Positions 49,647-58,818 of a stretch of 64,000 bases of DNA are shown here, piece after piece. Both the position numbers and the translations under genes were made by a program. Position 1 is the first letter of the stretch. Every line of letters starts with the position of its first letter. The stretch is from IMG/VR virus record IMGVR_UViG_3300009692_000017, positions 1 through 64,000 of that record; one strand, given 5' to 3'. Origin of the DNA: a virus. Its lineage: Duplodnaviria > Caudoviricetes. Below the pieces are notes generated by a model that was not told the origin of the DNA, did no database searches, and was given only the letters and a program-made list of their open reading frames with translations.

Positions 49647-51815
49647 TTATACTATTAAATTATTTTTCACAATCGCTTCAATTACCATATCGGGCGTAAT
49701 CAATTTCGAACACTCGAACATTTTATCTGTTCCTTTTCTTCCCGGACACCATTGCCAATCGCCTTTATTAAATTCGTATCTAGTGTCATTAAAGCAACCA
49801 AAACAAACATTATCTTGTTTATAAAATTCTTTATATCCGCCTAGTCTGATACAATTAGTCTGAAATTCACAAAAAGGTTTGCTAAATCCTGATATCATAA
49901 TTACTTTTTTACCCAATGCCCAGGATATCCAACTTAAACCGCTGCCAATTGATATCATAAATTCTGAATGATAAATCTGATTCAATCTTTTTTCGAGTGG
50001 CTGTTCACCTGTTTCATTTATAATGTTTCTTAATATTGTTCCTTGTTTACTTATAACAACTACTTTTAATCCTTTACTATTTAAATAATCAACAATCATC
50101 TGCCATCCTTTCGGATAATGCCAATGTTTAGCGTCAGCAGTTGAATGTTCAGCTATAACAACATACTTATTTTCAAATTTAAATGGTTTTTCTTTTTTCG
50201 GGATTGTAATTCTAGGAACAATTTCTTTGTATTTTAATCCTAATATGTCACTAGCAGTTTGTTGTAATGGAATTGTTCTGTAATCATTTGGATGCTGATT
50301 TCTATCACCACCCCATGGTGGCTCAAACCAACCCAAATCATAAGAAGCGTATACATTATCTACATTAGTACCTGGATTGATAAATATAATTTTATCATAT
50401 TCTTTTTTGAACAGTTCGTATAAATTATTATAGATAGAGCAATAAACTATACAGTCGTGTTTTATTCTAAACTCTTCGACATATGGTATCCATGCCAATG
50501 TGTCTCCTATAGAACTGCTATGGAAAGAAATGAGAACGTTTTTACCGGTAGCATCGAATTCGAATTCTTTATTATCATCACCGCTTACTAATATTTTCCA
50601 ATTTTTGAAATATTTTATATTGGGTCTTGCCCATCTATTAGAAGTCAAATCTATTCCATAAACGCATCTCTCATTATCTATAAAATCCACGTGTACTTTT
50701 TTTTCTTTCAAACATTTCATCTCAAAAAAAGCACCTCCATTAAAATTCACATTATATGTCATTTTTGGTTCTATATGATTTTTTCCAATAACATTACTAT
50801 TTTCATATGAATTTATGACGTGATTTCTCATATCTTCCCTAGTAAAATTATTTTGAACAGATATGACAAAATTATAGAAATCTTCTAATTGTTTGACTAT
50901 AACAGACCAATCATATTTTTTTGATGTGGACAAAGCTAAATTTTTGTAATGATCATAATTATTTATTACTTTTGTTATCTTGTTTTTAACATCTACTGAA
51001 TTTCTCACACATTTCACAAGTCCGTCTAATGGAGTCTTCCCTTCATATGTCCCTACTACAGGTATACCGCAAGATAAGGATTCCAATAGAGTTAAATTAG
51101 GATGTCCAGCTTCTAACTCGGATGGATGTAAGAAAATAGTATGATCATTATAAATATCGACAAGTTCTCTTTCAGTTGGGTCTTTAATAAATTTCAATTT
51201 ATCATATTTTAATAGATCGGAGTTAGCGTTAAAGAAATTATTGTTATTTTCTGGTCCAACTATAGTTATTTCTAATCCTAATTCCATAGCAGCTTCTATG
51301 GAATATTTAAAACCCTTCCTATCACTTCTAGAATCATTTGCATAACCATTATTAGCGACACATAATAATTTGTGTTTATCGTGATATACATTTTTATTTA
51401 CATATATGGATGTATCTACACCGTGTGGAAGATGAAATAATTTATCGGTGGTATCAAAAAAATCGACTAGATACTCAGCATATGTAATAGAAGCGACTGA
51501 TTTTTTAATCGCCGATAAATTATTTGAAAAGGTTGGTGATTGTTTACCGTATCTGACCACGTGGTGATCATGTATAGAAAAAATATAAGGAGTTTTAAAA
51601 TTATTCCAAGATTCTATCGCTTGATTTGCAGCATGAAAATGCACAATATCATATTTTAATCCGTTATTATCAAATAATTCCCAAGGAAATACTACGTCTA
51701 CAGTATGTCCTAATTTTTCTAATTGTAATTTATAATTCCATATAACTTTTTCTATTGCTCCCCATGATTTTGGTGGTATTTCAATAGCACCTAAATTTAT
51801 TTGTGCAATCTTCAT
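49647..51815 (-). CDS. Fusion of a GT4-like glycosyltransferase and an autotransporter O-heptosyltransferase-like (Aah/TibC-like) domain
   Basis: N-terminal IPPKSWGAIEKVI, PHGVD, EAGHPNLTLLESLSCG.PV; C-terminal SSSIGDTLAW.PY, PLQQTA.DILGL, K.WHYPKGWQ, IGSGLSW.SW, ISGFS, CFGC...WCP...FECS. Confidence 0.8.
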   Translation of the reverse strand: MKIAQINLGAIEIPPKSWGAIEKVIWNYKLQLEKLGHTVDVVFPWELFDNNGLKYDIVHFHAANQAIESWNNFKTPYIFSIHDHHVVRYGKQSPTFSNNLSAIKKSVASITYAEYLVDFFDTTDKLFHLPHGVDTSIYVNKNVYHDKHKLLCVANNGYANDSRSDRKGFKYSIEAAMELGLEITIVGPENNNNFFNANSDLLKYDKLKFIKDPTERELVDIYNDHTIFLHPSELEAGHPNLTLLESLSCGIPVVGTYEGKTPLDGLVKCVRNSVDVKNKITKVINNYDHYKNLALSTSKKYDWSVIVKQLEDFYNFVISVQNNFTREDMRNHVINSYENSNVIGKNHIEPKMTYNVNFNGGAFFEMKCLKEKKVHVDFIDNERCVYGIDLTSNRWARPNIKYFKNWKILVSGDDNKEFEFDATGKNVLISFHSSSIGDTLAWIPYVEEFRIKHDCIVYCSIYNNLYELFKKEYDKIIFINPGTNVDNVYASYDLGWFEPPWGGDRNQHPNDYRTIPLQQTASDILGLKYKEIVPRITIPKKEKPFKFENKYVVIAEHSTADAKHWHYPKGWQMIVDYLNSKGLKVVVISKQGTILRNIINETGEQPLEKRLNQIYHSEFMISIGSGLSWISWALGKKVIMISGFSKPFCEFQTNCIRLGGYKEFYKQDNVCFGCFNDTRYEFNKGDWQWCPGRKGTDKMFECSKLITPDMVIEAIVKNNLIV

Positions 51816-52012
51816 TATATATCATATTCTTTTTTATAATCCTCTAAAGTACACCAATGAGGAATAATCATAGTATGTTCCAATTTTTTATTTTGTAATT
51901 TACATTCATATTCATATATAGGAAAGTCATCGTCTAATGGTTTTCCTTTAATGACGTTTGGACAATTGAAACAATATGTGTTAATTATTTTAGAATTTGT
52001 TATTTTTATCAT
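51815..52012 (-). CDS. Small Cys-rich hypothetical protein
   Basis: CFNCP...EC...IPHWCTL; translationally coupled to both glycosyltransferases. Confidence 0.55.
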   Translation of the reverse strand: MIKITNSKIINTYCFNCPNVIKGKPLDDDFPIYEYECKLQNKKLEHTMIIPHWCTLEDYKKEYDI

Positions 52013-52015
52013 ACT

Positions 52016-55000
52016 TTATTTTTCCTTTTCTATAAATTTTCCATTTTCTTTTAAAAATTTAATATTGTTTTGATTAACGTTAAATTTCTGAATATTTATA
52101 GTTGTATTTGTTTTAGAATCAATAAAATTTGCAGTTATATTATAATTGTCATTATTATTTAATGTTATTTTATTAAAATAATAACTTCTACTTTTAATAA
52201 AATGAGTGCTTTCATTTTTAACTCCGTTATTATCGTATTCAAAAATAATTCTTCTATCATCTTTATCGTTGGACGAATTGAACCATATAACAAAACTATT
52301 TTCATCATTTTCAACAGGTAATATACTCAAATATTCGACTCCTGAAAATAAATTTATATTTTCATTATTAAATAATTTAGTTTCGTCTGTTTTTTCTATT
52401 ATTAAATCATTTGAATAATTTATTAATTTTTTATAAAAATAATTTTCTAGAAAATTATGAGATCCTATTTTCTGACATTCTTCGTTGAATTTTTCAGGAT
52501 TTCTTATGTTTTTAAAATGTTTCATGTAAAAATCGGTTTTAACTATGAAAAAAACGCTCTTTAATAACTTCATATCTCCTTCGTCGTACAACATAAAATA
52601 ACCATTTTTATTTTCAGAATCTATTCTATTACACAAATCTTGAATTTTTGATAAATTATTTTCGTTAAATATAAAATCATAACTCACTGATATTATTTTA
52701 TCATAACCGATTTGATTGGCGAATCTTATAGAATTCTCTATGTTATTTAAAACTGTTAAAGATTGATTCAGATTTGATTTAGTTTGTAACTTATTTAAAT
52801 TTATTTCTATTCTTCCTTCTGAAATATTTGACCAATAAAAATTATATAAAGAATGTTCTATGAGTGGGTTATATGAATCATACATATAATAATCTACTTT
52901 ATCTTGAAGTTTTTTAGAAACTGGATAATGTGAGCATAATAATATTTTTTTATTTGTTTTTTTAATATTATCTATGCACTTTTCAGTAATCTCCTCTTTT
53001 ATTTTTGTATCAGGAAATGTCATTATTAAAAATAAATCATTAGAACTTTCAAAAGTCTTTTGAATTTTATTTCTAAGTATTAATTCCTTAGTGAAATTAA
53101 TACTTCCGTTTTGATATTCAACTGAATATCCTTTGAAATTAGGATCTGTTTTATAATGATTGACTCCAAGAGCTATCCAATTTATAAAATTATTATTATC
53201 AAATATCATATTATCGGTTTTAAATATGATATCTTGAGTTTCTATATTCCTAACAATAATGTCGAACTTTGTACTTATTTTTCCATTATATGGTAAATAT
53301 AGTTTATTTTCATCTATTTTATAATCTATGTTAAATTGATCTTCGATAACATCTACTTCTTGAAAATCAATGTTTTTTATTTCTTCTACGCTTACATCAC
53401 CGGTGATTTTGAAATCTTCCTTTATTCCATTAATATCTACCTTTTTAGTGAAAAGAAATTCATCTTTATAAGAAAAATCGAAAAATATACTTCCGTGTTT
53501 ATTATATTCATATATTACTATCCACATTGGATTGCGCGGAGATAATAGTGTTTTAACACTGTAAATAATATTTCGTTTACTATCATGAACAGTTATTCCT
53601 ATATCGTTTATATCTTGTTGAAAAAAGTCGCTTAAACAAAAATAAAATTTTTGATCATCTTCGTTGAACTCAACAATAATATCTTTTTCGTTTTTATCTT
53701 TAACTAAAGATTCATTATTTTTTAATAAAAAATGTTGAACATTTTCTCCCTGTATTGTAGATTGACCTTCAATTTGGTTTGTCAATCTTGGAGCAATTCC
53801 TTTACGTGAAAATTTAAACATATCAATATATAAAAGATCTGTTACATCCCACGGTAAGGTTTCATAGGATCTTAAAATAAAATCTTTTACTATTTTTGGA
53901 AACATGATGCATTGAATACCTATAATTTTATTTGTTATATACATCCAATCTATATCTAATTTTTCTACTATATCAGATACCATTTCGCCTGTTCTTAGAT
54001 TCCTATTATCACCATATGACATATAATGAATATTTTTACTAATTATATAATCACATGATCCAAATACTTTATCTACAAATTCATCAATAGGCACATTAAG
54101 AGTACAGTCTGATTCTAATATCATTAGAAAATCTATATCATCAGTGAATTCAGTAAAAATAGCCTTTTTAAATGATTCATAATTGCCGTAATGTGGGCCT
54201 CTCAGAGAATATGCTCCAATGCGTCCAACGTCCCAAGGTCGAGCACAGAAATCAACAGGTAGTTTTCCGGTAAATCTTTTGTTTATATGTTGAACATAAT
54301 CTATTCCGTATTTTGGTAATTGTTCTAATTCTTTAATTGATCTTGATTTTCTATCGTCCTCTTCTAATAATAAATGTACAGCTCTTATTTTATATTTTTT
54401 TTCTATTAGTGGATTACTTTTCCATGGTAATGTTTTTCTTTCAAATAGAAAATTTTTTATCAATCCTGCATCTATATCAACATCACCATTAAGATAATGT
54501 ATCGTTTCCTCAGTATCATATTTTCTATTATATACATCCAGTGGAAATAAAAATTGTGGTATTTGATGTTCTAAAGCTTCTTTAATAACTAAGGGATTCA
54601 GTTCTTTGTTCCATCTAAATCCCATTGATGTGAATAAAAATAGATCACAAGCATCTAAAAACACATCCACGTCATCTCTCTCATTCCAAAGAATACAGTT
54701 TTTTGGTTTATTTTTTAACAAAGGTCTCCAATAATCTTGAAAATTGTCTGCTTGATTTCCTATAAAATGAAATTTTACAGGCATATCTGACATTTTTCTA
54801 GCTATTTCGAAAGCGTATGCTTGATTTTTTCTTGGAGTAAAAAGACCTACGTTAACAATGTGTTTATATTTTGGATCCAGTCCTAAATTCTTCATGGAAT
54901 CTATTTTCCTAATTGGTTCTATAGGAATTTTTTCTACTGGATATTCAATAACTTCCGATGGTATTCCAAATTTATTAAATTTAAAACAATTATATTGAGA

Positions 55001-55405
55001 AACAAACAAAAATTTATCAGGAAAAAATATTTTTTCATCAACGTTAAAATCAGAAGAATGTGTGGTTTCGAATATTTTATATGACCTATTAGGATTATAT
55101 ATTTTACTAGCTATTTCAAAACTCATATTAAAAAGTTCTGGAATTTCCTCCAAATGAATGAAATCTGGTTTTATTTTATCTATTATTTCTAATATTTCTT
55201 CTTTATTTGAGCCTAGAGTGAAAAAATGATCTGGTTTAAGTAATTTTTTCAATCTGTTTTTTTGAATAACAAATATGTCTGAATAATTATTGTATTCAAC
55301 TACATAAACATCAAAATCATTTTTTATTAATTCAATTCTCTTAACAAGCACTTGAGGAAGCCCTCCTGTACTACAATGTGGAATGATACTTAATAATTTT
55401 TTCAT
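52016..55405 (-). CDS. Multi-domain glycosyltransferase (N-terminal GT4-like domain plus further GT-like domains)
   Basis: PHCSTGGLPQ, NVGLFTPRKNQ, DLFLFTS...ELNPLVIKEAL; middle HYGNY...ILESDC; C-terminal LCSHYPV...YMYDSYN. Confidence 0.75.
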   Translation of the reverse strand: MKKLLSIIPHCSTGGLPQVLVKRIELIKNDFDVYVVEYNNYSDIFVIQKNRLKKLLKPDHFFTLGSNKEEILEIIDKIKPDFIHLEEIPELFNMSFEIASKIYNPNRSYKIFETTHSSDFNVDEKIFFPDKFLFVSQYNCFKFNKFGIPSEVIEYPVEKIPIEPIRKIDSMKNLGLDPKYKHIVNVGLFTPRKNQAYAFEIARKMSDMPVKFHFIGNQADNFQDYWRPLLKNKPKNCILWNERDDVDVFLDACDLFLFTSMGFRWNKELNPLVIKEALEHQIPQFLFPLDVYNRKYDTEETIHYLNGDVDIDAGLIKNFLFERKTLPWKSNPLIEKKYKIRAVHLLLEEDDRKSRSIKELEQLPKYGIDYVQHINKRFTGKLPVDFCARPWDVGRIGAYSLRGPHYGNYESFKKAIFTEFTDDIDFLMILESDCTLNVPIDEFVDKVFGSCDYIISKNIHYMSYGDNRNLRTGEMVSDIVEKLDIDWMYITNKIIGIQCIMFPKIVKDFILRSYETLPWDVTDLLYIDMFKFSRKGIAPRLTNQIEGQSTIQGENVQHFLLKNNESLVKDKNEKDIIVEFNEDDQKFYFCLSDFFQQDINDIGITVHDSKRNIIYSVKTLLSPRNPMWIVIYEYNKHGSIFFDFSYKDEFLFTKKVDINGIKEDFKITGDVSVEEIKNIDFQEVDVIEDQFNIDYKIDENKLYLPYNGKISTKFDIIVRNIETQDIIFKTDNMIFDNNNFINWIALGVNHYKTDPNFKGYSVEYQNGSINFTKELILRNKIQKTFESSNDLFLIMTFPDTKIKEEITEKCIDNIKKTNKKILLCSHYPVSKKLQDKVDYYMYDSYNPLIEHSLYNFYWSNISEGRIEINLNKLQTKSNLNQSLTVLNNIENSIRFANQIGYDKIISVSYDFIFNENNLSKIQDLCNRIDSENKNGYFMLYDEGDMKLLKSVFFIVKTDFYMKHFKNIRNPEKFNEECQKIGSHNFLENYFYKKLINYSNDLIIEKTDETKLFNNENINLFSGVEYLSILPVENDENSFVIWFNSSNDKDDRRIIFEYDNNGVKNESTHFIKSRSYYFNKITLNNNDNYNITANFIDSKTNTTINIQKFNVNQNNIKFLKENGKFIEKEK

Positions 55406-55594
55406 CTATTAATTTTTTCTTTTTTTATCAATTTATAGTTTTTCCATTTTTTATTGCTGAAAAATCCTAAACTACACCCTAAAGATTCAATTACAGATTT
55501 TCTAGTTTCAAAAATTAATTCTATTCCATTTGGATCTTCAATGTAATATCTCGTAGCGTCTGGATTAGATATACCTAATTTTTTTCCTTTTCTT
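55402..55594 (-). pseudogene. Startless remnant resembling the C-terminal DNA-binding part of a homing endonuclease
   Basis: Open frame RKGKKLGISNPDATRYYIEDPNGIELIF...KINR*; the nearby ATG is out of frame. Confidence 0.35.
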
Positions 55595-55700
55595 CATACC
55601 TGAATTTTTAAGTTATATATTGATTAATAGGAGATGTTTATTTTTATTCAACTAAAATCAGAGAAGAAAATTAATATATAGCATAAAATAATATATTAAA

Positions 55701-56789
55701 TTGATTTTGAAATTTAAACTATTTGAAGGTAAATATGACAGAATTAGTGGAATTTCTGTAGACGAAATATGGAAAATAATCAAAATCACGAAAGTTTTAT
55801 ATGATTTAAAAGTACCTTGTTTAAGTTGTGATGAACTGGGTTACATAGAAAAAGAAATCGATTACAGTTTCTCTAGTCCAGTGGAATATGACTTAATATT
55901 AAAGATTAAAAGAGATAAAGTATTTAGAAAAGAAGGATTTTATATTGATGGTTCAAGTGATGATATAGAAGGAATTATTTTTATAGAATTGGTAATAGAT
56001 CCAGATAAAGAACCTAATTGTTATAATGAATTAAATTCATTTCTTCAAGAAACGATTAGACATGAAATAGAACATTTAACACATGGAGGATATAACAGAA
56101 TAGAAGATAGACCCGATCCAGATAAAACAATGAAAATTAGAATTGCGTTGAATAAAGCAAATGTAAAAGGAGATTTTGTTAATTCTTATAAATATTATTT
56201 ATTAGAAGATGAATTAGGACCTCTAGTTCATGGAATGTATAGAAAAGCCAAAACAGATAAAAAACCAATTACAACTATATTTAATCAATTTTTATCAATA
56301 ATGGAAGAAGAGGGGATAATTAATAAAGAAAAAAGAAAATTAGTTTATAAAGAATGGGTTAAATACGCTAAAAAGGTTTTACCGCATGCAAAATACGAAT
56401 CATATGAAGAGAAAGATTTGGATTATAGAGAAATAAAAGAAAATTCTAAATTTAAGCTTCCTATAGGAACACATGTTATTGTTAAAAATTGGTATGGAAT
56501 AGAAAGATTTAGAAATAAAATTGGAATAGTCATAGGTTATCATAAATCTTATGATGATTGTTTTCTAGTCAAGTTTGATGAAATATTTTATCCCAATAGT
56601 GTGTTGCGTCTTTATCAACACAGTGGTGGTAATAGTATGGAAGACCCAACAAAAAGATCTCGATATTTTAATAAAGCCGAAATAGAACCAATTGATAAAG
56701 ACATGGTGGAAGAAATAAAGAGAAAAATAGAAGAAAGAAGATTGAAAATGTTGGACGTAGATCCATATGGTGAAGAAAACTGGGAATGA
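55701..56789 (+). CDS. Putative zinc metalloprotease-like protein with an internal-protein-like leader and a C-terminal DPYGEENW tag
   Basis: MILKFKLFE|G; TIRHEIEHLTH (HExxH) with downstream EDE; ends LDVDPYGEENWE*. Confidence 0.65.
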   Translation: MILKFKLFEGKYDRISGISVDEIWKIIKITKVLYDLKVPCLSCDELGYIEKEIDYSFSSPVEYDLILKIKRDKVFRKEGFYIDGSSDDIEGIIFIELVIDPDKEPNCYNELNSFLQETIRHEIEHLTHGGYNRIEDRPDPDKTMKIRIALNKANVKGDFVNSYKYYLLEDELGPLVHGMYRKAKTDKKPITTIFNQFLSIMEEEGIINKEKRKLVYKEWVKYAKKVLPHAKYESYEEKDLDYREIKENSKFKLPIGTHVIVKNWYGIERFRNKIGIVIGYHKSYDDCFLVKFDEIFYPNSVLRLYQHSGGNSMEDPTKRSRYFNKAEIEPIDKDMVEEIKRKIEERRLKMLDVDPYGEENWE

Positions 56790-56823
56790 TAGTGTTACAA
56801 ATCCAAATATTGGAAGATTTGAT

Positions 56824-57207
56824 TTATTTTAATAATTTAATAAGATCTTCAGTTAAAATTGATATTAATTTTTTGCCTCCAATTTCAACATCCGGAATAT
56901 TTTTTATAACTGAAAAAGTTGCATTACCATCTATCTCTAACTTTTCAATGTGTTCTTTTAACATTTCATCATGGGAATAGTGTTGTTTTAAATTATCTAA
57001 AAAGGATTTCAAATTAAATCCTTTTTTATTATTATATTTGATCATCTGAAGTTCGTTGCTTTGACGCTCAATAAGTATATACCACAACTTCTGTTTAGAA
57101 ATTTTTATTTTTTCTAAAAAATTATAAGCTGAAGAAGCCTTTGTGTTTTTTGGCATTTTAGCCAAATGACCATGCAAATGTATTAAATCATCTTTATTAT
57201 CTTCCAT
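56824..57207 (-). CDS. Hypothetical protein
   Basis: 127-aa ORF with an upstream TTTATATATA motif. Confidence 0.65.
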   Translation of the reverse strand: MEDNKDDLIHLHGHLAKMPKNTKASSAYNFLEKIKISKQKLWYILIERQSNELQMIKYNNKKGFNLKSFLDNLKQHYSHDEMLKEHIEKLEIDGNATFSVIKNIPDVEIGGKKLISILTEDLIKLLK

Positions 57208-57366
57208 TAAACTATTAAATTTAATTTATTTGTATATATATAAACGATAATGTCATAAATGTCTAAAATAATTTCAAAATTATTTAAACATATAGTTTAA
57301 CTGAATTATCAGAAACATTAAAATGAGCCAATATATCTTGGAATATTTTCAAATAGATCTTCCATA

Positions 57367-57624
57367 TTAGTTACTATGTTTATTATAATATTTATCTACT
57401 GTATAATTATAAAAATTTCTTAATATTAGTTGAGATTCTATTCCCCACACGAGTAAATTTTTAAATAAATTAATGAAGTCATTTACTGTATCATTCCTCC
57501 TTGTGTATTCAGGCATAGTTTTATTAATTAATTCATTTTCATAATCAAAATGAATATTAGGATCATCATCTTTTCTATGTTTTAGATCATAAATCTCTTT
57601 TATTTGGGATTCTCTTTCTATCAT
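57367..57624 (-). CDS. Hypothetical protein (possibly baseplate-associated)
   Basis: 85-aa ORF in a minus-strand run downstream of the gp6-like gene. Confidence 0.5.
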   Translation of the reverse strand: MIERESQIKEIYDLKHRKDDDPNIHFDYENELINKTMPEYTRRNDTVNDFINLFKNLLVWGIESQLILRNFYNYTVDKYYNKHSN

Positions 57625-57661
57625 TTATTATAAATATTTCTTTTTTTTCTATTTACGATTT

Positions 57662-57841
57662 TTAAAATTCATTAAAGTGTTTGAGAATATTTATTTCTGA
57701 ATCATCGTCATCTTCTTCTTCTAATTCTAAATCTATATCAGTTATCATAGATGATTTTATTTTAATATGATCTTTTGTTGGAGGTCCCCCTTCATATTCA
57801 AATAAAAAATCTTCATATTTCAATATTTTTTTATGTATCAT
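57662..57841 (-). CDS. Small acidic protein (59 aa) with an internal-protein-like leader, missing from the ORF track
   Basis: Manual ORF MIHKKILKYEDFLFEYEGGPPTKDHIKIKSSMITDIDLELEEEDDDDSEINILKHFNEF. Confidence 0.6.
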   Translation of the reverse strand: MIHKKILKYEDFLFEYEGGPPTKDHIKIKSSMITDIDLELEEEDDDDSEINILKHFNEF

Positions 57842-57881
57842 TTTTCATTTGAAATCCATAGATTTCAGTAATTATTTATTT

Positions 57882-58355
57882 TTAATCACCGTAATAATGA
57901 CTGTATTTATCGTCATCATCTTTATTATTTTTACTTATCCATTTACCGTCTTTCCAAACCCTATTACCGTAATCGTCATATCCACCGCGAGAGTATCCAG
58001 TACCATATGTTGTTGTATCTTTTTTTCTATGTTTTCCAAAATTCTGCTTATCTCTGGCTTTATGTTTCACATAACCAGCATAAGGCCATACTTCCATCCA
58101 ATTCTTGTCTTCTTTTTTAAATATTGAATAATTTGGATCTTGATAAGTATCCCATGCTTTAAAAATATCCGTTAATAATTCTGTAGATATTTCTATTTTG
58201 TATTCTTTTAATTTTTTTGAAAGGATATCAAATTTCATTTCATCATTGATTTTTAATTTGATAATTATTTCATGAACAGCCCATCTTAATTTATCGTTAG
58301 GATCAAAAGATGCCAGTTCTTCATTTAAAACTAAAAATTCTTGATATATTAACAT
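57882..58355 (-). CDS. Hypothetical protein with an internal-protein-like leader
   Basis: Likely start MLIYQEFLVLNE|E at 58355, directly after TTTATATATA. Confidence 0.65.
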   Translation of the reverse strand: MLIYQEFLVLNEELASFDPNDKLRWAVHEIIIKLKINDEMKFDILSKKLKEYKIEISTELLTDIFKAWDTYQDPNYSIFKKEDKNWMEVWPYAGYVKHKARDKQNFGKHRKKDTTTYGTGYSRGGYDDYGNRVWKDGKWISKNNKDDDDKYSHYYGD

Positions 58356-58479
58356 GTAACTATATATAAATTTTTTCTTTTCTTTTTTTATATTAATTAT
58401 TCTAAATATCATTATAAATCAATAAAATTAAACTTTTATCTACAGAATAAATATAAGATAAAAAAAATAATAAATACTT

Positions 58480-58671
58480 ATGGAACTAACAGCTTATTGT
58501 ATGAAAACAAAACAAAAAAATGTACCATTTGTGGGAAAACCAGAATTATCAAAAACAACAAGAGGTGGATACATCTTAAAGGGAGTGGATAAAGATGGCA
58601 ATAAAATGAGTGCTATTATATCAAAAGAAAAAGCTGATGAGGCTATCAGATTAAATTTAGTAATAGAATAA
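58480..58671 (+). CDS. Small basic DUF5679-like protein
   Basis: TAYCMKTK...T.RGG...KG...GNKM; stand-alone unit with its own terminator. Confidence 0.55.
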   Translation: MELTAYCMKTKQKNVPFVGKPELSKTTRGGYILKGVDKDGNKMSAIISKEKADEAIRLNLVIE

Positions 58672-58687
58672 AAAATAAAATTTTTTT

Positions 58688-58720
58688 AATCCCATATAAA
58701 ATATTATATGGGATTTTTTT
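58688..58720 (+). terminator. Intrinsic terminator
   Basis: aatcccatataa-aata-ttatatgggatt followed by a T-run. Confidence 0.75.
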
Positions 58721-58818
58721 GTTATAAAAATATGGTGGAGAAAATTCTAATATATAAAAATAAAAAAATATTATGATAAATAAAACTAAAGTGTCGAAAA
58801 AGAAACATTAAGATAGAA

